From the NCBI GenBank assembly GCA_023515725.1, contig JALDTO010000200.1, positions 426,276 to 490,275 on the forward strand: a DNA stretch of 64,000 nucleotides. Direction: 5' to 3'. The position numbers and the translations under genes are program-made. The notes under the pieces are model-generated. The model did no database searches. It saw only the letters and a list, made by a program, of their open reading frames with translations, and had not been told where the DNA came from. The DNA is from Amoeboaphelidium protococcarum X5. Its lineage: Eukaryota > Fungi > Aphelidiomycota. Shown one piece after another: positions 27,742 through 41,359 of this stretch (the stretch's first letter is position 1; each line of letters starts with the position of its first letter).

Positions 27742-28749
27742 ATGTCTGAAAGTTATGTAAGTAGGTATTCTAGGAGTGCATCACCTGAGCATAGTGAATT
27801 TAGCGGTGGGGAAACTGAATCGCTGCATAGGAAATATGCCAAGTATCAAGCATAGAATAATAAGCTGCATGAGCGTCTCACAGAACTGTCGTCCAAGATG
27901 GAATAACTACAGCGATAACTTAATGATAAAAGCACTGTTGTATCATCGCTATAACGTTCACTTTCCTAATGTAAGACTGAGAATCGATCGTATTAGAGTA
28001 AATGTAAATCGCTGTAAAAGTAGTTGCAGGAAGATGTATAGAATGGATGGAGTCTGTTCGGTACTCAGAGAAAGACTAATAATACCACATCGGAAGGTAA
28101 GTAGAGTGTTGAAATGTAAGCCTTGTAGGATGAATTGATGCACAAGATACGACTGAATGAATAGTTGCATGAGCGATGTGAAGATTTGTCTGCTTAGATT
28201 CAGCGATTATAATAATCTGAAATGACATTGAAATCACAGTTTGACTCTATCACTCAATAGATGCAAAGAGAACGCGTCAGACATGAAGCTGAATTGATAA
28301 AAGCAAAGTAAAATGTCAAAAAGACTCATGATGAACCGAAGACATTGCAAGAAGTGATCAAGTTGAAGTCCGAAATTGCTGAACTTTAATCTGAAATAGC
28401 GCGACTTCAATCTGTAAACTTTTAGTAAGAAGAGAAACGATAAAATGCCGTGCAACTTGAACTGGAATTAAAGACACGGCCAACCTGTGTGGGATGTGAA
28501 ACCCAGACTGACGCGATTGGTGTAAAGCCTGGTGAAACACAGACTGATTAGGACCTGACGCCTGACCGCTGTGATGCCGTGATTGAAACGCTCGTTCTCC
28601 CTCAGAATGAACTTGAACGCGAAGAGTAATTGAAGAAGTTTTACGAGGATTAGATTAAATAGTAGAATCTTAAGATTAATAGTTTAGAAGGTGCATTGCG
28701 ATTATCATTGAATGCTAAATCCATGTAGTAAATAGAATTCCAAAGTTGA
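27742..28749 (+). CDS. Coiled-coil protein resembling the PPP1R21 N-terminal (KLRAQ) domain
   Basis: 335-aa table 6 ORF; KYAKYQAQNNKL and LQDELMHKIRLNEQLH recall PPP1R21 YSKLRAQNQVL and DLQKKIEENERLH. Confidence 0.5.
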
Positions 28750-28905
28750 ATGTGTATTCAATTAGTTTTGCTTTAACGGTTTGGTTTTGCTTTTCGTTAA
28801 CGTTGAATTTCAAATCAGTTTTTGTCACTTTTTCTCATTCTATCACACAATTACCAATCTTTTGATCAGATAGTATATAAAAGACATTTTAAAGTGGAGT
28901 CCACA

Positions 28906-31701
28906 ATGGTATAAGAAGAATAGATTTAGACTTTGAAGAAGCCTAGATAAGGAGTATCAGCATCGATTGGAAAGAGTAGAATCTTTTAGCCATTTAGAGC
29001 ACTGGGGCATATTTGTGATTCTGATGTTCCAATCCAGATGCAGATCAGAGGAAGCAAGGTGTTTATTACTGCATCTCTGGGCAGAAAGTATTAGGTGTAT
29101 AATGACTAGTTGCGTCTGATGTTTGTCAGTTAGTCTGTGGATTAGCGTCAGTCTGTAATTTCTCCAAGTGATGACGCGTCTCTGCCTGTAGATTAGAGAA
29201 TCTAGTGCATGGCGTTGAATGGAGACTATACGTACGTTGGCAGTGGCTGTGATATTATAGTATTTGAACGCGCCAAAATTGCTCAGATTATGAGATATGA
29301 TTAAGATAATGGAGCAGGTGGTGCCGTAATAGACATGTCTGTGTTTGGTGATGTTATAGTAGCCGTGTATGATGATGGAGTTATGCGCGTATGGAGCACT
29401 GATGACCATTAGTTAATGACTGAAATTAGTTTTGATTCCGGTTTCATTCCAACTTCAATTCTCCATCCAAGCACGTATGTTAATAAAGTGCTGGTTGGAA
29501 GTTCTGATGGGAGATTGTAGCTGTGGAATATAAAGTCTGTGAAAATGTTATATGAGTTTACGCTTGAGAAGAAGGACAATGGTTCGTAATCTTGCAGTGC
29601 TATCTAGTGTTTAGTGTAGTCTCCGGTACTTGATGTTGTTGCTGCTGGTCTCAGTAATGGTCAGATTTTGCTACTTAATCTAAGAAGTGATTAGAAATTA
29701 ATGTCATTCTCTATGGATTAATCAATCAAGGCAATCGCTTTCCGGACTGACAACGATATGCCCGTGATGGTCTCTGGAGATAGTTCTGGTATGGTGGCGG
29801 TATGGAATCTGGAGGACAGAAGAATTGTATAGACTTTTTAGGCCCATGAAGCATCAGTGAATTCGTTGTAATTCATACCGAAGTAGCCTGTGCTTATATC
29901 CTCTGGTAATGACAACGCGATCAAAATGTGGGTGTTTGATACGGTGGATGGAAGTGCAAGGCTGCTTAGATCGCGTTCTGGTCATTACCGACCGCCCACT
30001 CAAGTCAAGTATTACGGATAAGATGGGCGCAGTGTTCTTACTGCTGCAGAGGACAATGCGGTACGTACTTTCTGCACTATTAGAGATGAGTAGAGTGTTG
30101 AGCTCTCTCAAGGACCGGGGTTGGTTAAGAAATCAAAGTCTCGTAATATGAGCATCGACCAATTGAAACTGCCTCTGGTAACCGGCATTGATAGTTCAAG
30201 CAATCGCGCTAAAGATTGGAATAACATTTTGGCGTGTCATAAGAGATATAATGTTGCAACCATGTGGTCTTTTGATAACAAGAGATTCGATAAGGATCTG
30301 TCTATTAAGGCCGCGGATGGCAAACCTGTTACTGCTGTCTGCGTCAGTAATTGTGGTAATTTTGGTGTTATAGGAACTTAAGGTGGCTAGCTGACATCTG
30401 TCAATATGCAATCTGCCCTTGTAAGACGTAATTACTGTGGCGTAGACACACAAGTTGTTGGTGTTCATATGGATGCACTTAATAAGCACATTTACAGTAT
30501 TCAGGAGGATGGTGTTGTTTCCATGTGGTCGTTCGCTAAGGGAATCTTTATTAAATCTACGCGTTTACCATCAAAGGCTTTGGCATCCGAATTTCACTAA
30601 TCTAGTAATTTTATTGCTGTATCCTGTGAGGATCAAACTGTTTAACTTTTGGAGGCTGAAAATGTGTCCATTGTTAGAAAATTTCAGCTTTAATCCAAGA
30701 TCACATCCATGACCATGAGCAAAGATGGTAGATGGTTGATTGCTAGCGGTATAAATGGTATGGTTCATACTTTTGACATTCCGTCTGGTCACCTTGTAGA
30801 TGTTTTTAGATGCCGCGATGTTGTCACAAGCTTGTCACTGTCACCTACTGGAGATTTCCTTGCCACTACTCATCAAGGTCAGCTGGGTGTTTATCTATGG
30901 GCCAATAAGATGCAGTTTAGCAACGTTGTGCTGTCCAAAGTTGACCTGTCGGAAGCTGTTCTATCTGGAAAAATTTCAGTGTCCCTGCTGCCAGGCGAAG
31001 ACTCTACTTACGCAGACGACAATGATAATCTCGATGAGCACTTCAGTGATTCTGTCGGATTCGTATATCATGCTGCCGATCAGATATTGCAGGATATGAT
31101 GACACTGTCCATTCAACCAAAAGCTAAATGGAGTTCTCTTCTCTCCCTCGACTTGATCAAGAAGAGAAATAAGCCTAAAGAAGTACCGAAAGCCCCAGAG
31201 TAAGCTCCTTTCTTCCTGCCTGTGATTTCTGGATTAAAAAGTTAGTTTGATGTGCAACCAAGTCTAATACAAGAGAATGATCAGTCCTAAAGCTCTATTA
31301 ATTTTGATGCTCTTCAACAGAACAGCACTCCTTTCATGAAGGCTGTCATTGAAGCCAACGAATCTGGCGACTACTTGAAAGTTATATAAATGCTTTAAAA
31401 GATGAATGCGTCCGAGATAGATTATGAGATCAGAGCAGTGGATGTTTTGAATGGAGTTGAAAGTCTAGTCTCTCTCCTTCAGTGTCTGAGTCATTTGATA
31501 CGGACTTGCCGTGAGTTTGAGTTGTACTAAGCATGTCTGCAGACTGTACTTAAAGTCCATTCTGATGTCATATTGGAACATGGAGCAAAGTTTGCGCAGG
31601 TGCTCGAAGACTTGTCATTGGCTGTTAAAGCTAGTAGGTCTGAAGTTGACCAGTTGTTTAGAAAATCACTGTCAACTATTCAATTCGTGGCGCGTTATTG
31701 A
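28906..31701 (+). CDS. UTP21: U3 snoRNP WD40 protein Utp21/WDR36
   Basis: RIFQPFRALG, HPSTYVNKVLVG, QSPVLDVVA, RSRSGH, LDLIKKRNKPKEVPKAPEQAPFFLP. Confidence 0.95.
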
Positions 31702-32042
31702 AGATGACTTAGAGATATATACATTTCATTTAATCTTATGTATATCTTTTTATAAAGTATTTTACGCTTTAATTAGTGTAAGCATCTTTATGCTCAAAGA
31801 CTTAATAATCATCATTGTAAACGTGTAATGATCTTATTGGTTGACCCGTGCATCATGCAAGAACCCATTCTCGTGACTGTACGGCTGATCCTGAGCTCAT
31901 GGGACATCATTTTCACTGTTTAAATACTAATTGCGCAATTAAATAATTCTGGACAATTGATATAAAGCAGGATCAATATAGAATGATAGAATATGGTAAA
32001 ATTAAGGAGAGGGATGCTCATGGAGATCAAAAGTGCAGGCTG

Positions 32043-32828
32043 ATGGTTTAAACAAATCAGAAGCATAGAGTGTAATTTTTTACGCGTGTGTCACCAACGT
32101 CACCCAAAGCCAAGAATCCTTTGAGACAAATTGCTGTTCTTGGTGATAAAGCTAATGATGCTCAGAGTAACAGCAACAATAACCGTAGTCATCACCAAGT
32201 GCGTCGGGAATAGACAGGTGAAACTGCTCGCCAAGAATAACAACGTTTGTAACAAGACTCCGCTTTTAGATCAATGATGATATTCAAACATCCATCAAAT
32301 GAGCTGATGCTCTATCACAAATATCTATCGCGTAAGGAGCACTCGGAGGAGAATTTAGAATTCTGTTTGGCTCTGCGAAATCATAATCTGCTCTATAAAC
32401 GATACAAGAAATAGAAGGCGACTCTGCATAGAGAAGAGTCTGGATCAATAGTATCTGCGTCATCTGACAATACGTGCTCTTCTGCTGATCTTTCTAAAGC
32501 CTATAAGTCGCTGGAGTCTATCATAATACCTTCTCAGTCCGAGGCAATCAGCGACATGGTCAACAATGATATCATAACGAGTATGTAGATTGATCGGCGA
32601 ATCCTGAGGCATTCGGTAAAGCTCATTTACGCGACTTATTTGGCCACGGGGGCAGGCAAGTAAGTTAATATTCCCAATAGACTAAAACAGAAGATTGTCA
32701 AGTGCATTGATGAAGACAAACGGTACGACTCTATGATATTTGTGGAGTGCAGAGAGTATGTCTTTGAATTGATGCGCAAAGATTCGTATTCAAGGTTCTT
32801 GAAGCTGTACCAGAACAGTAACAATTGA
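32043..32828 (+). CDS. RGS (regulator of G-protein signalling) domain protein
   Basis: KEHSEENLEFCL, IYATYLATGAGKQVNIP, VFELMRKDSYSRFL. Confidence 0.88.
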
Positions 32829-32873
32829 TTCAATTAAAAGGTTTAATTTAATATACGATTGGTATTTCTATAA

Positions 32874-34373
32874 TCAATGATCTATAGATTGTTCTTGACT
32901 TTGCTTGGAGTCAGCTTCAATCTCCAACTTTCTCTTCACAGCCTTCTTACTTCTTGGTCCCCAGTTCATACCTTTATGATCTTCAAAGCGATTCAGTTTG
33001 AACTTTCGAGATTGTGGGTTAGCATCTGGATGTAAAGTGAAGTCTGCACGCAACTTGGGCTCTTTACGAAGCAGATTCTACTAAACGCTCTAATCAGGGA
33101 ACTTGTCCAACTTTATCGGGCCACACTCTAGCTTCAAGCATCTCAGGATATCCATCAACACATCGCTCGGTGCATCTGTTTTCAAAGAGTGCTGATGACA
33201 ATGAGACATGGAGACGCGATATCCAGCATTCAGAATGGCAGAATTCATCTTCACCATTGGAGGGCATGATACGCGCACAGCTTAACACAACTTGTCCACA
33301 GTATAGAACAGTGGCACGTCAGGCAACTCCTCCGATATCACTGAGATCATGCCCAACATTCGCTCATAAGTGCCATACAATACACTGCTAGACTCCTGAT
33401 TCAAATGATCAACCAATGCTCTCACAAACTCTTGATTATGAATAGGACCTGAATATATTGGACCGCCAATGTGGTATACAGCGTCACACTGCGAGCATTT
33501 ATCAGACATACCTGCAGGTAATCTACCATACGAAAACTTTGCCCCAGCGCGACTCGACGGGTCAGCAAAAGTGCCAAATGGAGCTAGCTCGTAAGATTTA
33601 CAGCCACAACACTGATAAAGAGTGGAGGTGCTACCACAAAGCTTCAAAGCCTCCGCTGCATTGTCATGGACCCGAACAAAGACACGTACATAATAATCCA
33701 CACTCACACTCAGAAGTGGTTCGATATGACGCTTGTACTTGGCGGCACACGTCTTAATAAAGTTCAGCAGGATTCTCAGAGCAAGTTCATGACAAGCTGG
33801 AGTTTTCACAGGTATGGAGCCATATTTGGCAAAGCAGGATGTCGGGTTATTGCCAGCCAGGACAGCCATATCAGTACAAGTGATGCATAGAAGACCGCCA
33901 TCCTTGACCGCTTGAACAGTGCCATCAACAAAGGGAGCAGCAGAGCCAAAAGGGTCAATATCAATAACGTCAAACTCTCGCTTAGTTCTCTAAGAATATA
34001 GCAAATCGATGGCATCACTCATGTGAGGCGTCATCTTACCTTATGGCAATTAATTGTGCTCAACATTTCTCTGCATACAATCTACCGCGTATTGCGACAT
34101 ATCATTCGCCAATATATGATCCAGTATGTCCGGAATCTCTTTCGCATATCTGATCGACCGGAGACCACTAGCAGATAAAGCCTCCAGCACAGATAAGCCT
34201 TTGTTATCAGTATCATTAGTCTTCTATGGGCCATACTGCTCAGCGAAAACACGAAGAACCGCAATGCTCAAGTCTCTATTGAATTACTAAACCGGGCTGT
34301 AGAACACGTTATCCTTGGCAAACAATATCTCAGCCTTTCCTTCCCTGACTATATGATAATCTTGTTCAGCCAT
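32874..34373 (-). CDS. TRM1: tRNA (guanine-26-N2)-dimethyltransferase
   Basis: [62 protein letters not shown]. Confidence 0.96.
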
Positions 34374-34552
34374 TATTTTTACTACTATCTCAGCTATCAA
34401 AATTTTACACTAAAATTATTTTTCTAGTTTTCTCTTTCCGCGCTTGGTAAAGCTGTTAAGGTGTCAGAGAATAAGTCGAAAACTCAGCAAGAAGCGAAGA
34501 GAAAATAGAATTAAAACCTGTAAGTCATCACAATAATGTACATTTACATGTC

Positions 34553-35056
34553 AAATCATTAAAAGTTTTAGATAAATTTGATAGAGGATGGATGGTGAGG
34601 TATTGACTGAGAGCGACCACGCTGCTGATGATGTGGCGATTTTGTCGCTACCGGAGATTTCAAATTACAGAGTGGATTGTTTGAACGCTGGATCGGAGAC
34701 GGCATCACGTAGTTAGAAGGCTAATCGCCGTGCTTATAAGATCCAACGCTGTGAACAGATAGAGTTGGTCTCTTGAGCTGCGGCATTGATTGATTGCTAG
34801 AGCATTGTGGCAGCGGTGCTTGGATTGTATAAGCAGAGTCATCAATGGAGCGCGGCTCCGGGGTTTTACTCAATCCTGTCATTATTGACGCGCGTTCATC
34901 ATTATCCATTGCATCTTATTGCACTTTCAGAAACACAGGCTGTGCAGAATGCGGTCTAATTGGCGTCACAGTTATTATATGTTGCTTTTAAGGCAGCGGG
35001 TGCACAGGCGAAGTTTTACAAGACTACACGAACAGTTATTAAATTGAAGCGGACAT
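34553..35056 (-). CDS. Hypothetical low-complexity Ser/Pro/Gln-rich protein (5' structure uncertain)
   Basis: TGA-free frame extending track ORF 34721-34909; no recognisable domain. Confidence 0.3.
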
Positions 35057-35427
35057 TTTTTAGTAATCAAGCTTACCATCATCTAATTCTTGGTATTTCA
35101 ATAAATATTAAGTCTTCAAATAAACGAAATTCTGGCTCAAAGTCTTCAGCTTTACTTACTTTTTGAGAAGAGAAATGGTACAAGTGTGAACCGCAATCGG
35201 ACACATCCATGCCAAGTATCACACTGATTGGTTAGTTGCAACTTCGCCGTTGGACAAACTCGATCTCGTGACACAGAGCCTTATTAAAGGGAGCGCTCTG
35301 ATTGGATCGGAAATATGTATGGTAAACTACTAATGAGAAAATCAATCCATAAAGATTCAGCAATAATGTACCATCTATTGTATAATCACTCTAAGAGATT
35401 CATCTTTAATTCTATCTAGAAATCTAT

Positions 35428-38400
35428 TCATGGCGTGCTATATATACTCAGTGATCCCATATCAATAAAAAGTCGTCCAACATGAATTGCGGCCCCAGCC
35501 AGGATGATTTGATGAATAGTCACATATGACACCACCTTCATTCCGACCGAAGGAACAACAATGAGAAAATTAGGTAGAACCATCATCAGTCGTGCCAGAC
35601 CCTTCAGCAAAATATCAACCGTGCTAATACCTTCAACCTTGGAATCAGTATCCCTAGCGAGGATAAAATCTTTAACCATAACGTTGATGATCATGTAAAC
35701 ATTGGGCACCGCAGACAAGAGCAAACCAATTAAGGCACCCCAAGGAAATCCAGTAATCTATGGCCACGTAGCCATCCATCCAGTTAGAAAACCGAGAAAT
35801 TGCGTAAGCCAGCCGATAAATCTAACGTTGACACCAACCGTAGTCAGAGTGTCTGTATACCAAGACCATGGAAAGTTGCACATGAGAGAGAGGAATTGGA
35901 ACGGCATCCGTATTAGAAATAGCACAGAGTTTAAGTCAGTTACAAAACCAACCAATGCAGAGAGAAACTACCCGACAGAATATGCGGACCCTAGTATGTA
36001 GGAAACAGATTTGCGGTACATATTTCGAAGTCGGGTAGAATTCTGATTCGGCACCTGCATGGCAAAATCAACCAGATTGTCTACATACTTCTCAGGTTGA
36101 GAGGTGGCCACCAGCACATTAACTTCCTGCTCTGTAAATAAATTCTTGCCAGCATTAAACATTTTGAAACCAACAGTGACAGGTACGGCGGCACACAGAG
36201 AAAAGAGACCATACAGTGTCAGCTAAGCCTTGCCACGAGTTACCACTTTCTCATAAAAGTCTGTGATAAATGGAATCCTAAGACGAACGCTCATGATCTT
36301 GTCAAATATGTTCAGCAGCAGATTGAAGTACAGCAAAATGACCTGCAGCGCCTCTGCAACCAGAATCTATATTGAATATTAAAATAATCGACTAATTGTT
36401 CCAAATATAGCAGTGAAATTCCACCTTCGCTAGCCCAGCTCATTTCCGAGCGATTTGAATTCCTATAAAATGGTAGACGCGTTGTTTTTCATTATATCAG
36501 ACATGCTCTTGATAGTATCAGATGCAAGCTATTTAAATGATGCATGATCAGCAGGATTGATATCAGCTTACAGTTGACCAATATTATTGGACACGATATC
36601 ACCAACATATGTACCTTGAATGTCTGCCGGACCACCACTTCCTTAAAACTAAGTATTGAGTGCAGGATTGGATGTCAAATTCTGATAAAGTTCTCTATTA
36701 GACGTCGTGACCAAGGATCCAAAAGAATCAAACTGACCAGTAGTGAACAAAGTGCTAGCTTGAGATGATAGATTACCCAGAGTCTCAACCATGCTCGACA
36801 AATCATTACTGAATCTTCCATTGGCACCAGTGACATTAGTTCTGATAAATGTCGGCATCTTGGCGTAGTGAGAGAGCAAGATCTTGTGGTTCATCAGAAC
36901 GTCATCCCAATTGAACAGAGCAATGATGAACTTGAATATGTCGCGTATGACGAGACCAATCTTCTTTAATATTCCTACCAGCACAGGTACCAGAGTCTAA
37001 ACTTATTCTACTAAGAGTTCAATTGTTCCCTTAGGTCCTTTTATTATCAGATTCAGTCCAAACTCTATAGGGGTAACAAAAATAACCTCACAATCCTTGA
37101 CAGCTTGAACCAAATCATCAATACCAAGGCCTTTATTGATCATCTCACCAAATGGTACCACCGCAATAACATCTCTCATTGCTTCTACAGAATTCACAGC
37201 AGTACTTTTCACACCAGCATTGAAGCTATTTATGAATCCATTCTTGCCCTCCTTCCATGCAGTGGCATTAAAGAATGACTTTGGCAATGTGACAAATACG
37301 TCTTTAAACACGTCGCCAACAGACTGGGCAGCAGTTTTTATCTTGCCCCACAAGTTACTAAAGAAACTACGCTTACGAAGCCGAACTTTTCTGCCTGCTT
37401 AAACTCTGTCGTATTCTGCGAGCTCCAATTGTCGCTTCTTTATAGATTAAAACGAGTGCTTGATAAAGCGAACTCTTCCATCAGATCCATCCTTGTCACG
37501 GTTAAATCGAATCTCAAAAGGCTCTTGAACATCGTTGGATATCCGTCTCTAACTCTAGGCACCACTATACACAGTTTGAGCATAAACAAAATTACTATGA
37601 GGATGATAAGCAGCTTTACAACTTTTCTGGCGCTTCAAATCTTCGAACAGCGATCGTCTAAGGAGCCGAGGATGACTCTCATCAGTCGACACTATATTAC
37701 TTTACAAAATAGGGAGAATGAGGCTCTTCATGGTACTAGCCACGGCGTCAATATCTCCATTGGATGGTATTTCAGTGTTGTTGAACTTGTCCTACATATA
37801 CATCTACAGCCGCACAGGATCTATACTGGCAAGACTATGTAAAGCCGCAGTATTGACAGGGAAGGCAACAGCTTCATAGTCAGGCATGAAATCCGCATGT
37901 ACTTTAATCAAAGGCATGTGAAGCGCGTCTTCGTCAGATATCTCATCAGGGTGAACCACAGAAAATACCACTTTGCCCAACATATTGGATTTCATATAAA
38001 AATACTGATCCTGCTTTACTGTACGCAGCTAATTAACACCAAAAGTATCATTCCATTGAGAAGAGAAAATCTGTAAATCGCCAGGACCATCGTGCCATAA
38101 AGTCAATACAATGTTAGGGACAGACAAATCTCCAAGTAAATCATTCTAACCCGTCCTTGGCTCTACTACAAATCTATGCGCTGACACATCTCTAAAGCAT
38201 TGATCATCTTTACAATCACCAACACTCCCTTCTTAATTGTAGTCTTGCATGAATTTACTCTGCACCTAAATCCAATAAGGAGATTTCGAAATCCAGCATT
38301 GTCCATTCACAGCAACATAATCACGCGGACATCCATCAATGGCATATTGGTGATAATCTGCTGCAAATCCACCAGCCTCAGAATTATTATGCATAAGGGA

Positions 38401-38775
38401 CTATGACTGATTTTTCTACTACTAAAAATTAGCGCTGAAGTCTTTCAGTATATCAGGAATCATTTCCTCTTCATCTATCTGTGCGGTGATATTAGCAGAG
38501 ATCACATCCTTATCTGGCATCGTAAACGTAGTATTATCATTGAAGAGCTCATACTTTAAAGAGTCCAAAACTTTACTGCTATTAGTGTTGATTGACACTG
38601 TCTCATTGACTCCAGTAGTTTAATTATTTCGCGTAACCGTATAAGTCATATTGGTCTAAATCAAATCCTCAGCATCGGTGACATTCATCACACTCTAACA
38701 ATTTGCAACCATAATCGTCCATACAATGAACGTAAACAGCATCTACTGTACTAAATATTACCGCTGCATTAACAT
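35428..38775 (-). CDS. Large (~1115 aa) secreted or membrane-associated protein of unknown function
   Basis: Track fragments 35428-37995 fall in one table 6 frame; N-terminal hydrophobic signal (MLFTFIVWTIMVANC), N-glycosylation sequons, FNWDDVLMNH motif, several C-terminal hydrophobic helices. Confidence 0.75.
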
Positions 38776-39025
38776 CAACAAATCTATTTTCTGTATTTAC
38801 ACTATTGTACTATTATAATAATCTACCAGAAGGTAAGAAAGACGGCGCACAGACGATTACAAGATCTGTGATTACATCGCTGTAAGCAAGCATATTATAG
38901 ACTTGCCCCTGATCACGGTATTTAATCTGATCCGACTCGCGTCCGTCACCTGTTCTCTTTTCTCCTTATCATCATATGACACTGTTTCAACTAAGGAGTT
39001 ACGTAGCACTGAGTTGTTATATAAA

Positions 39026-40282
39026 ATGGTACAAAACACGTTCACATCAGTGATTTAGTGCATTGAGAATTGTTTGCAATGTAGCATATGTTTGTCTTTA
39101 CTCTCTGGGCCAGTTAGAACTGGCTGTCTTCACGTGTTTTGCAAGTAGTGTTTGGACACTCATCTATAGGGAAGTCTGAATAGTCAAAAAGGTACAGCAG
39201 CTGCTTGTCCTCTTTGTTACAAAAGATTGAATCTGGGGAGTATCCTGATTGATAAGAAGATTGAGAAGATTGTTGTCAATTTTCAATAATGCAAGCAACT
39301 GCTATTGGACAAAGTGTAATCAAGACAGCTTATGAACGCGTCGTAATAGTCTCCCATCACGGAAGATCCTATTCCCAAGTTGAATGACAAAAGTGAACGG
39401 AGCGCGTCTCTGAAACAGAAAACAAGGGTGCCGCGAACTCTGAAACGAAGCAACACCACAGATTTAAGTTTGTTCTCTGTGAAACGCCCTCAAAAGGCTA
39501 CTGGTGTGTAAAGGCCAAGTACTTCATATACAAGGCAACAGAATGATACGTTGATATCCAAGAAAGCTCGGACTTGTTCAATGATGCCACTTGCGAATGA
39601 CAGTGACCTACCATAGCTGAAGAAAACTAAGGAGTTGCCTCGTGCAGTTGTCGTGTGTTTTAGTGGATTTGATCCGGATGTGGGGCTGCCCAAATTTATC
39701 AACTCTGAAAAGTTTGCTTAGTATGGGATGAATTTGAAATTCACATACAACATTGAGTAGCCTACCACCCATTTGGTGGTGGAAGGAAACGTGACAAGAA
39801 ATCCACCAGAGACATTCAAAACTATTCTAGCATCCATCAGACGCGTTGCTATCATTGAACTGAGGTGGCTGATTGACAGTTACTATGCCTAGCGTTGGCT
39901 ACGCGAAGATTAGTATTTGATCAAAAGTCCTGTTAAGTACCAGAAGTTTTAATTAGATCGTCTGGAAACTTACATTAGTCGCTGCTGCTTAGTCCCATAC
40001 GGTGCTTTGAACTCTTTGACTTACAAGAATATCAAGCAAATCTCTTAGTAGTTATCAATAGACATTGTCAATATCAAGAGTTTACAGTCCGTGAATGTTG
40101 TTGACAAAGTGGCGAATATTCTAATAATTGTGGGACTGGAGACATCCGATCACCAAATGAGCAAGTTGAGCAAGTTTTTGTAGAAACTTCACAACGCGAA
40201 CGTTTAAGTCGTGTCCGCTTAATGGCTCATTGACTCCTTACTGTCCGCTAACATTGTACCTACCCATAAATATATGCTTTGA
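39026..40282 (+). CDS. C3HC4 RING plus tandem BRCT protein (BRCA1/BARD1-like architecture), 418 aa
   Basis: LQCSICLSLL...GCLHVFCKQC...CPLC; BRCT1 TTHLVV...RTFK...WLIDSY; BRCT2 VVSAQWLIDSL. Confidence 0.8.
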
Positions 40283-40388
40283 ACGTGACAACCAATGAAA
40301 AGATTATCTATGTAACAAATCAATCGCATTGTGTGTTTTTGATGCTCTTTACATTCATTTGATTTTTCCAATATCCTCCAGAGCAAAA

Positions 40389-41264
40389 ATGTCGACGAAG
40401 AAACCTATCTCGAACATATTGAAGGCTCTGAAGAAACTGATGGGATTTATTCCATCAGATAAGATCGAAGAGGCAAAAGCATATGAGCTGGAAATCGTGA
40501 ACTAGCTGAAGCTTCGGGAGATCACCATAGAGGCGACAGATTCACGATTGAATTGGTATATTCTCGAGGGCTCCTTCCGGATTGATGTTAAAGAAATACG
40601 TGATGAGTTTGATGAAAGGCCGGTATTTAGCTTTTCGTTTCCTGATGGTTCTGAACCTGTGTCAGATTGGTTAATAGAAGGCCGGTCGTTGATCAAGGAG
40701 TATTTTCACATGCGTTTGGAGGCATCCCATCGTATGACTATTGACCTTATTCTTATGGAATCGCTGAAGTACATGCATGCTAAACTTAAGCTCATGCTTC
40801 GCGTTGAAGAGAAGATGGTTTACAAGACTGATTATTTCTTGGGCAGTGAAAGAGTTACTATATCAGCTACGCCGGATTATGATATCGGATATGATGATGA
40901 GAATGCGTCAAGATTATTTATCGTCGAGGCAAAGAAAGGGAAAAACTTCAGTGATGCGGATATCTGTGAATTGATCGCACAGTTAGGAATTGTACATTCA
41001 CATCGAAAAGATAGTAACAAGTTGCACTCCACCGTGTACGGGGCATTGGCAACCGCTCTTTCGTGGCAGTTCTATCGAATATCCGATGATGGGAAAGTTT
41101 CGAGATCAGACGTCATACGCGTGGATTCATCGAACGTCGGGCGAATTCTTTTCATTATTGGCCACATAAGTCAATTGATTGTCGATGCTACGCCATCATT
41201 ATCTTTGGATGACTTGGTTGGAGGTCTAAGCAATGTCGATATCAGTGCTTAACAGGTCGTTTGA
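40389..41264 (+). CDS. PD-(D/E)XK restriction-endonuclease-fold protein (Crinkler/HsdR-N-like REase)
   Basis: ATPDYDIG...LFIVEAKKG...ELIAQL...VYGALATALSWQFYRI. Confidence 0.7.
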
Positions 41265-41359
41265 TAAATTCTCTGCAATGGCATATTTCTGAAGAATAAA
41301 CTCTGACTCATATGTCTTAGTCTTGTCTGATGATAACTTTACTGATTATACGTGTTTTT

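Noticed and set aside
20943-34373. TGT and TRM1 as a cluster supporting the code reassignment
   Set aside because: They are 11 kb apart among unrelated genes, and queuine modification does not target tRNA-Gln
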